A stretch of DNA of 63,751 nucleotides, filler included, from Lama guanicoe (GCA_013239625.1; 139 parts of 139 records of this genome joined end to end with filler, not necessarily neighbours in it); one strand, 5' to 3'. Positions 12,400 to 24,300 are shown, numbered from the whole stretch's first letter. The notes: a model not told the origin generated them from the letters alone. Numbers and translations: made by a program.

Positions 12400-12670
12400 T
12401 ACTCTTTTAATCTTCCTTGATAAATGTGAGCTACCCTTACCTGGAGTACCTTTAAGTGAAGGTGATTTTGCTTCCTCCCTGGGTACCTTGTTTCCAGAGT
12501 CCTAACTGTTCTAATAGTTACAAAGTTTTTCCTAATAATTAACCTAAATTCTCCCTCTGTTGAAGCAGAAGCCCCATTAGCTCCTGCTCTGTCCTTGTTG
12601 ACTAATGAGAATAATTGGTCTCTGTCCTTTTTATGGGCTCGCCCTTCCGTATTTGTGGATGTCTGCTGTG
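12400..12670 (-). mobile_element. CR1/L3 LINE ORF2 C-terminal fossil
   Basis: Translation DQLFSLVNKDRAGANG...EGEFRLIIRKNFVTIRTV matches the CR1 ORF2 end motif (LFS...DRTRGNG.KL...RFRLDIRKNF.T.RVV). Confidence 0.8.
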
Positions 12671-13079
12671 CCCCTCCTTGGCTGTTGGTCAAGGAAGTGT
12701 GTCAGCAGGATGGCCACATGGGGACCAGNNNNNNNNNNNNNNNNNNNNNNNNNNNNNNNNNNNNNNNNNNNNTTAATTAATTAANNNNNNNNNNNNNNNN
12801 NNNNNNNNNNNNNNNNNNNNNNNNNNNNTCCGTGCGCTTCCTCTGACCTTGGTTAGACCCTGGGCTGAGTGCCTCTGACCTGCTCCGGAAGTGGCTCTGG
12901 CCTTTCCTTGCCTTGCACAAGTTCCTCAGGAGAAAAGCAACCTCTCACCTGACCCCTGGACCAGTGAGGACCCTGACCTTCCCTGGGATACCTCCCCTGG
13001 GAGGACCCCAGGCCATCCCAGGATACAGTCAGGGCGCTGAGCCCCAGTGGGCACCAGCGGAGTCGTCCTGCAGGCTTAC

Positions 13080-13153
13080 TTGGATTGCCTTGACCTGACG
13101 ATGGAGAAACTCTACGCCTTCCCCACTCCGACTTCTTCCTTCTCTGGGGCGAG
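13080..13153 (-). other. Candidate 74-nt exon, gene unidentified
   Basis: Minus strand: ctctcctgttcaacgatttag acceptor and CAA|GTAAGC donor. Two frames are open. Confidence 0.25.
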
Positions 13154-13287
13154 CTAAATCGTTGAACAGGAGAGCTGCCAGTTTAAANNNNNNNNNNNNN
13201 NNNNNNNNNNNNNNNNNNNNNNNNNNNNNNNTTAATTAATTAANNNNNNNNNNNNNNNNNNNNNNNNNNNNNNNNNNNNNNNNNNNN

Positions 13288-13645
13288 ACACACCTGTAAT
13301 AGATTAGTTGACTGTAGGCATGAGGGTTTATTTCTGGTTAATTCCAGTTCCTCTATTTTATTCCAATGACCAATTTTTTTTAGTGCCGATACCATACCAT
13401 TTTGATTACTATAGCTTTTAAATATAGTATGAAATTAGGAAGTGTGATCCCATCCACTTTCTTCTGCTTCCTCAGGATTTCTTAAATGGCCTGTATAATG
13501 TTGGGGTACATTCCTTTCATAACTAACTTCTTGGGACTTTCTATAATAAAATGATATTAAATTCAATTTTGTCAAAATTTTTTCTTCTGAATCTATTGAG
13601 ATAATCATATGATTTTATCCCTTATTTTATTAATATGGTATGTCA
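13288..13645 (-). mobile_element. LINE-1 ORF2 fragments (two segments joined)
   Basis: gataccataccattttgattactatagctttaaaatatagtatgaaatt...; then gaatctattgagataatcatatgattttatcc. Confidence 0.85.
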
Positions 13646-14662
13646 NNNNNNNNNNNNNNNNNNNNNNNNNNNNNNNNNNNNNNNNNNNNTTAATTAATTA
13701 ANNNNNNNNNNNNNNNNNNNNNNNNNNNNNNNNNNNNNNNNNNNNGAATGATGGCCATTCTGACAGATGTGAGGTGATACCTCATTGTAGTTTTAATTTT
13801 AATTTTTCAGATAATGAGTGATACTTTAAAAGCTTAGGTCTTTATATACATCGCTGATCAACTGTAAAACCTGTGCTCCTGGAGAAAGGGTGTAGTGGCT
13901 AGATTTAGAGACATTCTGCAAGCCAGATCATCACTTTCCTGAAAGCCAGCTACAGTGGATGGGCAGGGGCTGGTGAGGTGAGTACTCGGGTCATGGTAGT
14001 CATCTGTGAAGACTTGGCCAAAGGCTCTTCTAGCAGCTTATGGGTCAGTTCAATGACACAGACTGGAGGATAGGACACTCCGGTGACTCAAGAGAAGATG
14101 ACANNNNNNNNNNNNNNNNNNNNNNNNNNNNNNNNNNNNNNNNNNNNTTAATTAATTAANNNNNNNNNNNNNNNNNNNNNNNNNNNNNNNNNNNNNNNNN
14201 NNNGTTATGTATTAATCAACATAAGCAGCAGTTGCAGCTGCGATGGAGGTACCTGCAGCTCCTCAGGAAGTGTGAGGAGACAGGAGAGAGGAGCACAACA
14301 CTGGAACCGAGTTTTGAGGATCAATTAGAAGTTCGATGAAGAGGATGGTAAGGGCAGCCCAGAGAGGAAGCTGTGTGAAGAGAACCACACATACGAAGCG
14401 AAAGGGCAAACGTAGGAGATCTGCCTTGTACATCTGCACTTACCTTTCCACTGGTGCTAAAATCCCCTTATTCAGAATCTTATTGTCTCCTAAAGGGCTC
14501 ACATAAAAGGTTCCTACTTGGACTTCCTGCCTTTAACCTCTTCTCCTTCCAATCTATCCGACNNNNNNNNNNNNNNNNNNNNNNNNNNNNNNNNNNNNNN
14601 NNNNNNTTAATTAATTAANNNNNNNNNNNNNNNNNNNNNNNNNNNNNNNNNNNNNNNNNNNN

Positions 14663-15021
14663 AAAAAATCAGACTGAAACTTGCTGAAAGCCAAGCAACA
14701 ATCATCAATACGAAACCAGGAAGCACAGAGCGTCCAACGAAGGCGGAATCCCAATAGATGTACAAGCAGCTGTATTATATTTCAAATCATCAAACCTCAT
14801 GACCTACACAATGATGATAAATGGACCTAGAGAATAGCAACTTAGTCACAACAGAACCTCCAGAGGGGATTCAGTTGATATCTCGACAGATTCATTGCAG
14901 GAGAGGAAGCAGGACCAAGACATAGACCAAAATCTGAATGAGAAAATGCTGCAGTCTAGTGTACCCTATGCCAAAAGACCACAATTTACAATAATGGCAG
15001 AGGTAGAGAAATTCGCAGACC
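14663..15021 (+). mobile_element. Highly diverged LINE-1 ORF1 fragment
   Basis: QEAQSVQRRRNPNR...SVDISTDSLQERKQDQDIDQNLNEKMLQSSVPYAKRPQFTIMAEVEKFAD is colinear with L1 ORF1 (QEAQRVPNKMNP...SADFS.ETLQARREW.DIFKVLKEKNLQPRILYPARLSF.IEGEIK.F.D). It has a frameshift and stops. Confidence 0.75.
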
Positions 15022-15121
15022 NNNNNNNNNNNNNNNNNNNNNNNNNNNNNNNNNNNNNNNNNNNNTTAATTAATTAANNNNNNNNNNNNNNNNNNNNNNN
15101 NNNNNNNNNNNNNNNNNNNNN

Positions 15122-15480
15122 CCCAGAATTGCCAAAGCATTACTGAAGGAAAGGAATGAAGCTGGAGGAACAACCCTCCCAGACTTCAGACCTTACTACA
15201 GAGCTAGGAAACAGCACATTATTAGACCTGGAGATTGTCATTCTAAGTTAAGTAAGCCAGAAAAGGAAACAAAAATACCATCTGATATCACATATAAATG
15301 GAATAAAAGAAACCAAACTCATTTACAAACAGAAACAGTCTCATATACAAAGAAAACAAACTTAGTGTTACCAATGGGGAAAGGGTTGGGAAGGCATCAG
15401 TTTCAAGTTTTCCAGATAGTAACTAATATACATAAAATAGATAAGCAACCAGTTTCTACTGTATAGCAGAGGGAACTATA
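15122..15480 (+). mobile_element. LINE-1 with internal ORF2 deletion, running into the 3' UTR
   Basis: PRIAKALLKERNEAGGTTLPDFRPYYRA is joined near 15207-15223 to DLEIVILS (ORF2 C-terminus) and the 3' UTR. Confidence 0.85.
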
Positions 15481-15730
15481 NNNNNNNNNNNNNNNNNNNN
15501 NNNNNNNNNNNNNNNNNNNNNNNNTTAATTAATTAANNNNNNNNNNNNNNNNNNNNNNNNNNNNNNNNNNNNNNNNNNNNTTTTTAAAAAATGAAGTTGG
15601 TAAAATGAGAGGATTGCGGCCCTGCTGAAAACCGTGTGCTACGTCTGTGCGGTTCTGGGGTCAGCCTTGCGCTGCGGCGCCGACTCCTTCCGCTTGTCCT
15701 CGGGTGCGTGTGTCTTTCTCCCGCTCCTCT

Positions 15731-15939
15731 TGTTACCGACCAGGATTCTCTGGCTCCACAATCTGTAGAAACTGATAAGAGGGCAGAGGAGGGACCCAGG
15801 GAGGCTTTACTGGGGCTCGTGCTGCAGCAGAAAGGGGCGAGGACAAGGAGCAGGTGCCCTTGCTTGCTGCCTGGGGGGTCCGGGGGTCCGGGATCTGGAA
15901 TGAGGGTGGGGGTGGGGCGATGGGGGGGGGGTGGGTGGC
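15731..15939. mobile_element. ERV LTR fragment
   Basis: Starts tgttaccgaccaggattctc...aggctttactggggctcgtgctgcagcag, an LTR-like TG terminus. Confidence 0.45.
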
Positions 15940-16039
15940 NNNNNNNNNNNNNNNNNNNNNNNNNNNNNNNNNNNNNNNNNNNNTTAATTAATTAANNNNN
16001 NNNNNNNNNNNNNNNNNNNNNNNNNNNNNNNNNNNNNNN

Positions 16040-16370
16040 ATCTGGCCTCTGAGATACAGACAGCTAGACACAGTCATCTGACTGAGGTCTGGAAGTGGGA
16101 TGTGAGCAGAAGGGAGGTGGGCAACTTCTAGTCAGCCTCAGAAAGGAAGGTGCTCACCGTCCACTTCCTCACCACCCCAGGGACTGCAGGTGTTCGGCTG
16201 GCTTTGGTCATGCAGAGAAGGGCACGGCCCTACAGTAAGGTGGAGCGAGGCAGAAGTAGCGTATTCGCCTGGACTGCCCAGCTGTTCAGAGACCTCGTGA
16301 AAGAGAAATAAACATTTTATCTTCCTGAAGCTGTTGTTGTTTGGTTCTAGTGAAAACAGCTGAATTAATA
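16040..16370 (+). mobile_element. Old MLT1-type MaLR LTR
   Basis: gtgagcagaagggaggtgggcaacttcta...gtgaaagagaaataaacattttatcttcctgaagc...acagctgaa. Confidence 0.6.
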
Positions 16371-16498
16371 CAGACATAATTTCTAAAAAAAAAAAAAANN
16401 NNNNNNNNNNNNNNNNNNNNNNNNNNNNNNNNNNNNNNNNNNTTAATTAATTAANNNNNNNNNNNNNNNNNNNNNNNNNNNNNNNNNNNNNNNNNNNN

Positions 16499-16857
16499 GT
16501 GCCATAGAATACAATACAGAACTGAAAGTAAGTACATTAGAGATTTATGTATTATTAAAATGGTGAAATAAAAATATAGTTGAAAATGAAAGTAGCAAAA
16601 TGATACTGTGCAATACCATTTTATAAAGCTAAGAAATATATGAAGCGACCCTGCATATTATTTGGAGAAATGTATGAGTGTGTGAAGGACCTAAACACAC
16701 CAAATTCAGCACAGTGTTTCTCTCTGAGAGGGGGAGTGGGAAGGAAATTGGAACTGAAAGGAGATACATGGAGGCCTCAAAGGTATCCATAATATTCTAG
16801 TTCTTAAGCTGGATAATGGTTGCACAGGTATTCATTATACTATTTCTTACACCTTTT
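16499..16857 (+). mobile_element. Old L1ME-type 3' end
   Basis: ataccattttataaagctaag...aaacacaccaaattcagcacagtg...ttctagttcttaagctggataatggttgcacaggtattcattat. Confidence 0.7.
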
Positions 16858-17416
16858 NNNNNNNNNNNNNNNNNNNNNNNNNNNNNNNNNNNNNNNNNNN
16901 NTTAATTAATTAANNNNNNNNNNNNNNNNNNNNNNNNNNNNNNNNNNNNNNNNNNNNCCCCAGAAGTTTACTCATGTCCCCTTGATCATCACTCCATCCT
17001 GCCTCACCTTGCCTTCCCACTGTTACCCCAGGGACCGTTTTCTGTTTCCTATCACTATATATTGGGCCCTTATTATCTCTGAATATTTATAGAAATTATT
17101 CCTTTATTTGAAAATTTATAGAAACTGAAGAGATGTCACCTCTTTTATATGGGTCTTTTCTCTTTTTCATGATCAGTCTGGCTAGAGGTTTATCAATTTT
17201 ATTGATCGTCTCAGAGAACTCACTTCTGGTTTATTGATTTTTCTTTATTGACTTTCTGTTTGTGTATTTACTTATGCTCTGGTCTTCATTATTTCCTTTC
17301 CTCAGTGTACTTTGTANNNNNNNNNNNNNNNNNNNNNNNNNNNNNNNNNNNNNNNNNNNNTTAATTAATTAANNNNNNNNNNNNNNNNNNNNNNNNNNNN
17401 NNNNNNNNNNNNNNNN

Positions 17417-17774
17417 CCCATAGAGAGGCACTCGCTAATACTTGGATTTAGAGCCCAACCCCCACTTTCGCTCACAGCCCGGCATGGATAAACACTCAAG
17501 GAAGTCAAGGGAAGGGATTCTACTAGATCCCAGGTGTTGCTGTCACTTGGAGGAACCACCCAACACTGAGAATATCAGAACTCTACTTCATGTGTGTGCT
17601 GCAGTTGGGGAAGCAGAGTCCACGCATATTTCATAGGGCTTATGTATTCCCAGGTTGGGGGTTGAAGGTTAACTAATCCAAATCTCATGGAGAAGCACTC
17701 CATAATACTTGGATTTAGAGCCCTTACCCCACTTTCTCCCGCACTCCGGCCTAGGCATGCCATCAGGGGAGACA
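17417..17774 (+). repeat. Satellite DNA, 267-bp period (~1.3 monomers)
   Basis: TAATACTTGGATTTAGAGCCC occurs at 17436 and 17703 (267 apart) with similar flanks. Homologous to 62930-63290 on the opposite strand. Confidence 0.9.
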
Positions 17775-17874
17775 NNNNNNNNNNNNNNNNNNNNNNNNNN
17801 NNNNNNNNNNNNNNNNNNTTAATTAATTAANNNNNNNNNNNNNNNNNNNNNNNNNNNNNNNNNNNNNNNNNNNN

Positions 17875-18233
17875 CGGCCGGCCGGCCGGTCTGCCCGGCG
17901 GGTCCTAGCGCCGGGCCTCGCGCCTGCGCATTACAACGGGTGTCGCGGGATGTGGGAGAGGGCGGTTAACTATGGCGGCTTGGCATCCTCAGTTGGTCGC
18001 GGCCGTGGCTCTCGTTTCAGGCTCACACTGTGTGCACTCAGACCCGGGAGCGTGTTTGCGGGAGCGATCCGGTTCAGGTGAGCGCGGCCGACCCGAGAGG
18101 CCGAGGGAGGGAGGAGGGCCTGAAGCGGGTGACATGAGACGTCCGGATACTATTTTTCCGAGGTATCCCCTGAAAGCACAGGCAGGGCGGTCCCAAAGCT
18201 CTCTTTAGCCTCTTGACCGGTTCACGTTTGGCA
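17875..18233 (+). promoter_or_regulatory. CpG-island promoter with probable first exon
   Basis: NRF1 motif GCGCCTGCGCA at 17920-17930, YY1-like ATGGCGGC at 17972, and a CAG|GTGAGC donor with GT at 18078. Confidence 0.75.
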
Positions 18234-21139
18234 NNNNNNNNNNNNNNNNNNNNNNNNNNNNNNNNNNNNNNNNNNNNTTAATTAATTAANNNNNNNNNNN
18301 NNNNNNNNNNNNNNNNNNNNNNNNNNNNNNNNNTTTTGTCCTCCCAATTTTTGTGTTATTTTAACTGATGCGCTGATGAAAGTGTGAATCCTTGTGTCAC
18401 TTCTGGTTACCAGCCCAGGACAGAATCTGGAACTGGAATTACTGGGTCAAAGGGAGTACATCTGTGATGCAGCGTGTATCTACCGAGTGACATCATTGGT
18501 GACCCGCACCCCACCACCCCGTCTGTGCCTGCTCCCACCCCCACCCGCCCCCAGGCTGCCTGGCCCCTTCGTCTGCCCTGCCTGCAGCCAGTCACCGCTT
18601 CCTCTAGATCTTTGCAGCGTTCTGTTTATACCTTTCGGGGAGTATTTTTCATATTCGGTCTTGAATGAATTATGTGTATGCCTCCCCTTGCCNNNNNNNN
18701 NNNNNNNNNNNNNNNNNNNNNNNNNNNNNNNNNNNNTTAATTAATTAANNNNNNNNNNNNNNNNNNNNNNNNNNNNNNNNNNNNNNNNNNNNAAGAGTGA
18801 CCATTCTTTTTTATACTGGTTGTATTTTTTAGTGTTTTTAAATATTTGATTTGTAATTCGTTTTGGTGCAAGGAGTAATTTAAGGATTCCCTACTCCCCA
18901 ACCCCAAATGTCTTATCAATAATTATGTTTTAATTATTATACTTTAAAAGTATGTTTGGATATATGTTAAGGATAGTTTCTCCTCATTAGAATTTTTTTG
19001 TTTTCTTTTGAATTTCCCTGCCGAGTCCCATGGACTTATTTTCCAATTCTGTTTGTATGCCATGTGTTTTATATGTAAGTCATATGTTTACAGTTATACA
19101 ATAAATATAAATACTTACCAACTTTCTTTCATATTAATACAAATATAAGAANNNNNNNNNNNNNNNNNNNNNNNNNNNNNNNNNNNNNNNNNNNNTTAAT
19201 TAATTAANNNNNNNNNNNNNNNNNNNNNNNNNNNNNNNNNNNNNNNNNNNNAGTAATTCAGGACCTAAAAGATGATGCTCAAATTCAAGCATTCCAAATG
19301 CACTAAGAATTTTATGTTAGTGTCACAGGGAAAGCGATGACTCCAAACAAAGAAATAAAGTCCTTCTGGAATCTGCAGTGTTTTATCATGCAGTCTTATA
19401 CCAGATAGCCACTGTATTGGGGCAAAAAAAAAAAATACCCACAAAAAAATCCCAAACCCTTTCAGTCTATTGTTAAATCTCTTTTCTGCCTCATCGCCTT
19501 TCTTTTTGAAGCTTCGTTGCTTTTATGCGTATAGTTTTAGCCAGTATTCTTACCTCTGTTCTGCCAAAAATGAATGCACCATTTCTACATGATTTCTTGG
19601 TCTGGCCCGCNNNNNNNNNNNNNNNNNNNNNNNNNNNNNNNNNNNNNNNNNNNNTTAATTAATTAANNNNNNNNNNNNNNNNNNNNNNNNNNNNNNNNNN
19701 NNNNNNNNNNAATACTCTTTATAGCAGCTTCTTAAACTATCACATTTATACAGGCTGTATCATTATCACCTTTTTACTGATAGGCAAGTTGAAAATCACA
19801 GTTTTATTCAAGTGATTTACTTAGCTTTTGCGGTGGTTGACTAAAAGATGTGAAGGGACTGAATAAGAATCATATCATCCTTGCTTTCTTCCTCTAATGT
19901 TTTTCTATTCAATAAACTTTGAAAGACCTCTAAAAAACTAACTCAAATAGATTTTGGTGGTTTGTTTAAAATACATCCTAACTGGCATGTACAATAGTAA
20001 TACTGTCGTGTTGTCCAATTTGATCTGGGAGAAAATGTATGATAAGAGTCAAAGGTGAATAGATCAACTNNNNNNNNNNNNNNNNNNNNNNNNNNNNNNN
20101 NNNNNNNNNNNNNTTAATTAATTAANNNNNNNNNNNNNNNNNNNNNNNNNNNNNNNNNNNNNNNNNNNNGCTGGCGGTGGGGCTTGCCCTGGGCTAGGAG
20201 GTTCTGTGTCTTGCATCCTTCAGGGCAGATCTTATCTGCTCCACCATCATACACTGCACAATAAAGGGGATTGAAAGAAGAATAAAAACCTACAAATCTT
20301 ACTCGATCAAAATAATTGTCATTAAAAAGCCTAAAGGTGAAAAACACTTGAAATTCAAAAGCAATATAAGTAACCCAGAAAGCTTAATAGTATATTAAAA
20401 GAATTCATTCACTCTTATCCTATAAACAGTTACAGTCATAGAAATACCAAGGGGCCAATCAAGTGGCTTTTACCTAAACGAGTCTTCTCCCGATCTAGTG
20501 GATGGGGAATGAAAAAATGCCAGTCTGANNNNNNNNNNNNNNNNNNNNNNNNNNNNNNNNNNNNNNNNNNNNTTAATTAATTAANNNNNNNNNNNNNNNN
20601 NNNNNNNNNNNNNNNNNNNNNNNNNNNNCTATGAACATTGGGGTGCAGGTGTCAGAGGATGACTCAGTTCTTAAATTTAGAGGTCATAATCTAAGAAAAA
20701 AATAATGACCTAGAAATATTAGGCAATAGATTTAGTTTTTCTCCAATAAAATTTGGGGTTTCCTATATTAGAAGTGAAAATAGAGTGGTAAGAAAGACAC
20801 ACAGTTATTTCTCAGTTCTTCACCACACAGCTGTGTGCTTGCAACACACATTATTATCAAGTCCACCACATCTGCCTGCCCCTTTAGAAGCTTATTTTTT
20901 TTAAATATATTTTTGTTGAAGTATAGTCTGTTTACAATGTTGTGGCAATTTCTGGTGTACAGCACAATTCTTCAGTCATATAGGAACNNNNNNNNNNNNN
21001 NNNNNNNNNNNNNNNNNNNNNNNNNNNNNNNTTAATTAATTAANNNNNNNNNNNNNNNNNNNNNNNNNNNNNNNNNNNNNNNNNNNNTTTTTTTTAATCT
21101 TCTCTTCAAATCTCCCCTCTACTTGGAAGGAAATGAAAC

Positions 21140-21446
21140 TATAAACCACAGATTGGAAGAAAATATTTGCAAATCATTTACATGAGAAATGATTTTTATT
21201 CAGAATATATAAAGAAAACTAAATCTCAAATATGGATACCTATATATATTCAAAAGATTTGAACAGACATGACAAACAGGTGGCAAATAAGCTTATGAAA
21301 AGGTACTCAACGTCATTGAAAAATTAATAATAAGATCACTATATATGTTAGAATGGCTAAAAAGTTGCAAGGACATGGAGAAATTAGAATTCACATACAC
21401 TGGTCGTGGGAATGTAATTTGGTACAAACCACTTTGGAAACCAGTT
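21140..21446 (+). mobile_element. Old LINE-1 ORF2 3' fragment
   Basis: gattggaagaaaatatttgcaaatcat...caaaagatttgaacagacat...ggtacaaaccactttggaaaccagtt. Confidence 0.85.
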
Positions 21447-22306
21447 NNNNNNNNNNNNNNNNNNNNNNNNNNNNNNNNNNNNNNNNNNNNTTAATTAATT
21501 AANNNNNNNNNNNNNNNNNNNNNNNNNNNNNNNNNNNNNNNNNNNNAACCATCATCACAATAATATATGCCATAAATATATCCATTCCCTCCAAATGTTT
21601 CCTCTGATACTTTTAAATTTATTATTATTAGTAGCAGTAGTAGTAGTAATAGTATTAGTGGTGATGGTGGTCAGTATACAACATAAGATTTACCTTTCAG
21701 CAAATATTTAAGTATACAGTATGGTATTGTTGACTATAGATATTTTGTTTTATGAGCTTTTTATTTTCTAGGTTGTAACCTTTATTAGCTTTTTAAATCC
21801 AATTTAGAATAGGAATAGTCCAGTACCAGTCAATGTCTCATATACGTTTTTTCAAATGAGTTTGTCTATCACGAGGACATCTTCCTAAAAGGGGAAAAAC
21901 TCTTTNNNNNNNNNNNNNNNNNNNNNNNNNNNNNNNNNNNNNNNNNNNNTTAATTAATTAANNNNNNNNNNNNNNNNNNNNNNNNNNNNNNNNNNNNNNN
22001 NNNNNACTATCTTTTCTATTCAATTCACAAGGGAGATAGAAACTCTTAACAGTGTATCACCCAGAACTGGTAGACAGAGTAAGGAAATGTCGCTCTTTAA
22101 TTAGGCATAAGATCAGCGATCTTCAGAATTAATCCCTTAAGGTGGGACTAAGTTATTTCTACAAAGTTCAACAAAAGACTTCCCTGCTGTTATAAGTATG
22201 TATTTGTTAGATATATCTTTAAAGTGACAAAGAATATTCATGATTGACTATATCACTTCTTAAAATCCAACTATATGACATTAAATTACAAGCGACTTTC
22301 TTCAAT

Positions 22307-22359
22307 TTCTCAAGCACACATGACTTGAGACTTGTTCTTAAGTACACATCTCTTGAGAA
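22307..22359. repeat. Two tandem copies (28-bp period) of an internally palindromic unit
   Basis: TTCTCAAGcacacatgaCTTGAGAc at 22307-22331 and TTCTTAAGtacacatctCTTGAGAA at 22335-22359. Confidence 0.6.
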
Positions 22360-22464
22360 ACAAANNNNNNNNNNNNNNNNNNNNNNNNNNNNNNNNNNNN
22401 NNNNNNNNTTAATTAATTAANNNNNNNNNNNNNNNNNNNNNNNNNNNNNNNNNNNNNNNNNNNN

Positions 22465-22719
22465 TATTCCAACTACTTTGGGGAAGGGGGTGGGATTCCC
22501 AGGAATTGGGCCACTGCCCACCCTTTGACCTTTTATGGTCAGCCTTAAAACTGTCCTGGCACCTGTGACAGTACCATTTGGCACGCAATTGTGTTTCAAT
22601 GAGCGTATATTGAAGCTCAAGTTTTATTGGGAGTTGAATCGTTCACCATCTTGGTGCTAACTGCTGTGTCTTTATTTTAGTGGCTGTACCCTGCCCCCTT
22701 CCCTTCCCTCCTGTCTCAG
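22465..22719 (-). mobile_element. ERV1-type LTR fragment
   Basis: tattccaactactttggggaagggggtgggattcccaggaattgggccactgcccaccctttgaccttttatggtcagcc...ccatcttggtgc, ending ctgtctca. Confidence 0.75.
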
Positions 22720-24300
22720 TTAGAGTGGGTGCTGGTCGAGGGATGTGAGAATCGACAGCCCTCTGAGCGTGGCAGCCAGGGGCTGGGACGTCAGAGTGGG
22801 ATGGCCCAGGTGCCTGGGAAGCTNNNNNNNNNNNNNNNNNNNNNNNNNNNNNNNNNNNNNNNNNNNNTTAATTAATTAANNNNNNNNNNNNNNNNNNNNN
22901 NNNNNNNNNNNNNNNNNNNNNNNGGGGGAGGGGCGGACCGTGTCCCAGCGTCGCTGGAACGGTCTGGCTGGATTCGTCCCGCTCGCCGGTTTGCTTTTGC
23001 TGTTGGGTGTTGTTTTCTGTTATTTGCGGCATTTTCTCATTGAACCAACGTCTGGAAAATATCCATCCATTGACTGGGTCAGCAAACATCACTGTATCCT
23101 GGGCTGTGGTGGTGACAAGCCAGCGGTGGTCCCCTCTCTGGGGCGTACGTGCCAGAGGAACCAACCAAAAGCCTGGGGGACAAGCCAGGTCTGGGGACGG
23201 GACGGACAGTGACTGGGTGGCCGCTGCAATTTAGAGCCTGGGAGGGTCTCTCTGAGCTGGTGACCCCCAAGCTGAGACTCAANNNNNNNNNNNNNNNNNN
23301 NNNNNNNNNNNNNNNNNNNNNNNNNNTTAATTAATTAANNNNNNNNNNNNNNNNNNNNNNNNNNNNNNNNNNNNNNNNNNNNTCATATTTTTTGATCCTC
23401 ACACTATCATTTAAAAATTTTTGAACACATATTTACAAAGAAGTATAAAACTAAAATATAGGTTCTAGTGAACCAATATTTTATGTTCAATGGAAAACAA
23501 GGTTTTGGAAAATGATATAGTTGAAATAATGAATGTTTTCTCTAAAATATTAATAGAAATTAATTTTTCTTTAACTGCTTTTGTAGCCATGGTGTGACCA
23601 AATACATACGATTTTATACAATCTTGGATTACTAATTTGAAGATTTGCCTTTCTGTTTTGTTCATCTTGATACTTGACTTTATTGGCTATCAGAGTTGAA
23701 AAATGCTACCTAAAGGTACATACAACTAACTAGTTAAAAGTNNNNNNNNNNNNNNNNNNNNNNNNNNNNNNNNNNNNNNNNNNNNTTAATTAATTAANNN
23801 NNNNNNNNNNNNNNNNNNNNNNNNNNNNNNNNNNNNNNNNNCTTTATCAAGAGTTAATAGAGTCTATCAATTGACCTGTAGATAGAAAAATTTCCTTGAA
23901 ACAATATACAGATGAATAAATGTCTACCCATCTCTCTGGAAGAGAAAACCCAATGTTTATTTTGGTTTATAAATCTATCTGTGAAACATTATTTTCTAGA
24001 TAACACTATTCTAGTCGTTCTCAAATTTTCAATTGAGAAAATCAATAGTATAGAAGTGTATATAAATAGATATGTGAATCATTCACATTGTATGTGCATT
24101 AGTGGTCAACCAGATGATTGCACATTGAAAAACTGATTTAATTTTCTTTAAACTGCTTTAAATGTTTGTATTCTAATATTGTGCACTCTGTTTTTAACTA
24201 NNNNNNNNNNNNNNNNNNNNNNNNNNNNNNNNNNNNNNNNNNNNTTAATTAATTAANNNNNNNNNNNNNNNNNNNNNNNNNNNNNNNNNNNNNNNNNNNN

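Noticed and set aside
19555..19610. Minus-strand exon end with GAG|GTAAGA donor
   Set aside because: Too short, 5' side cut off, and neither open frame is recognisable.
22940..23212. 90-aa ORF with a hydrophobic, TM-like stretch
   Set aside because: Non-ATG start, hydrophobicity from T/G-rich low complexity, no recognisable family or convincing splice sites.
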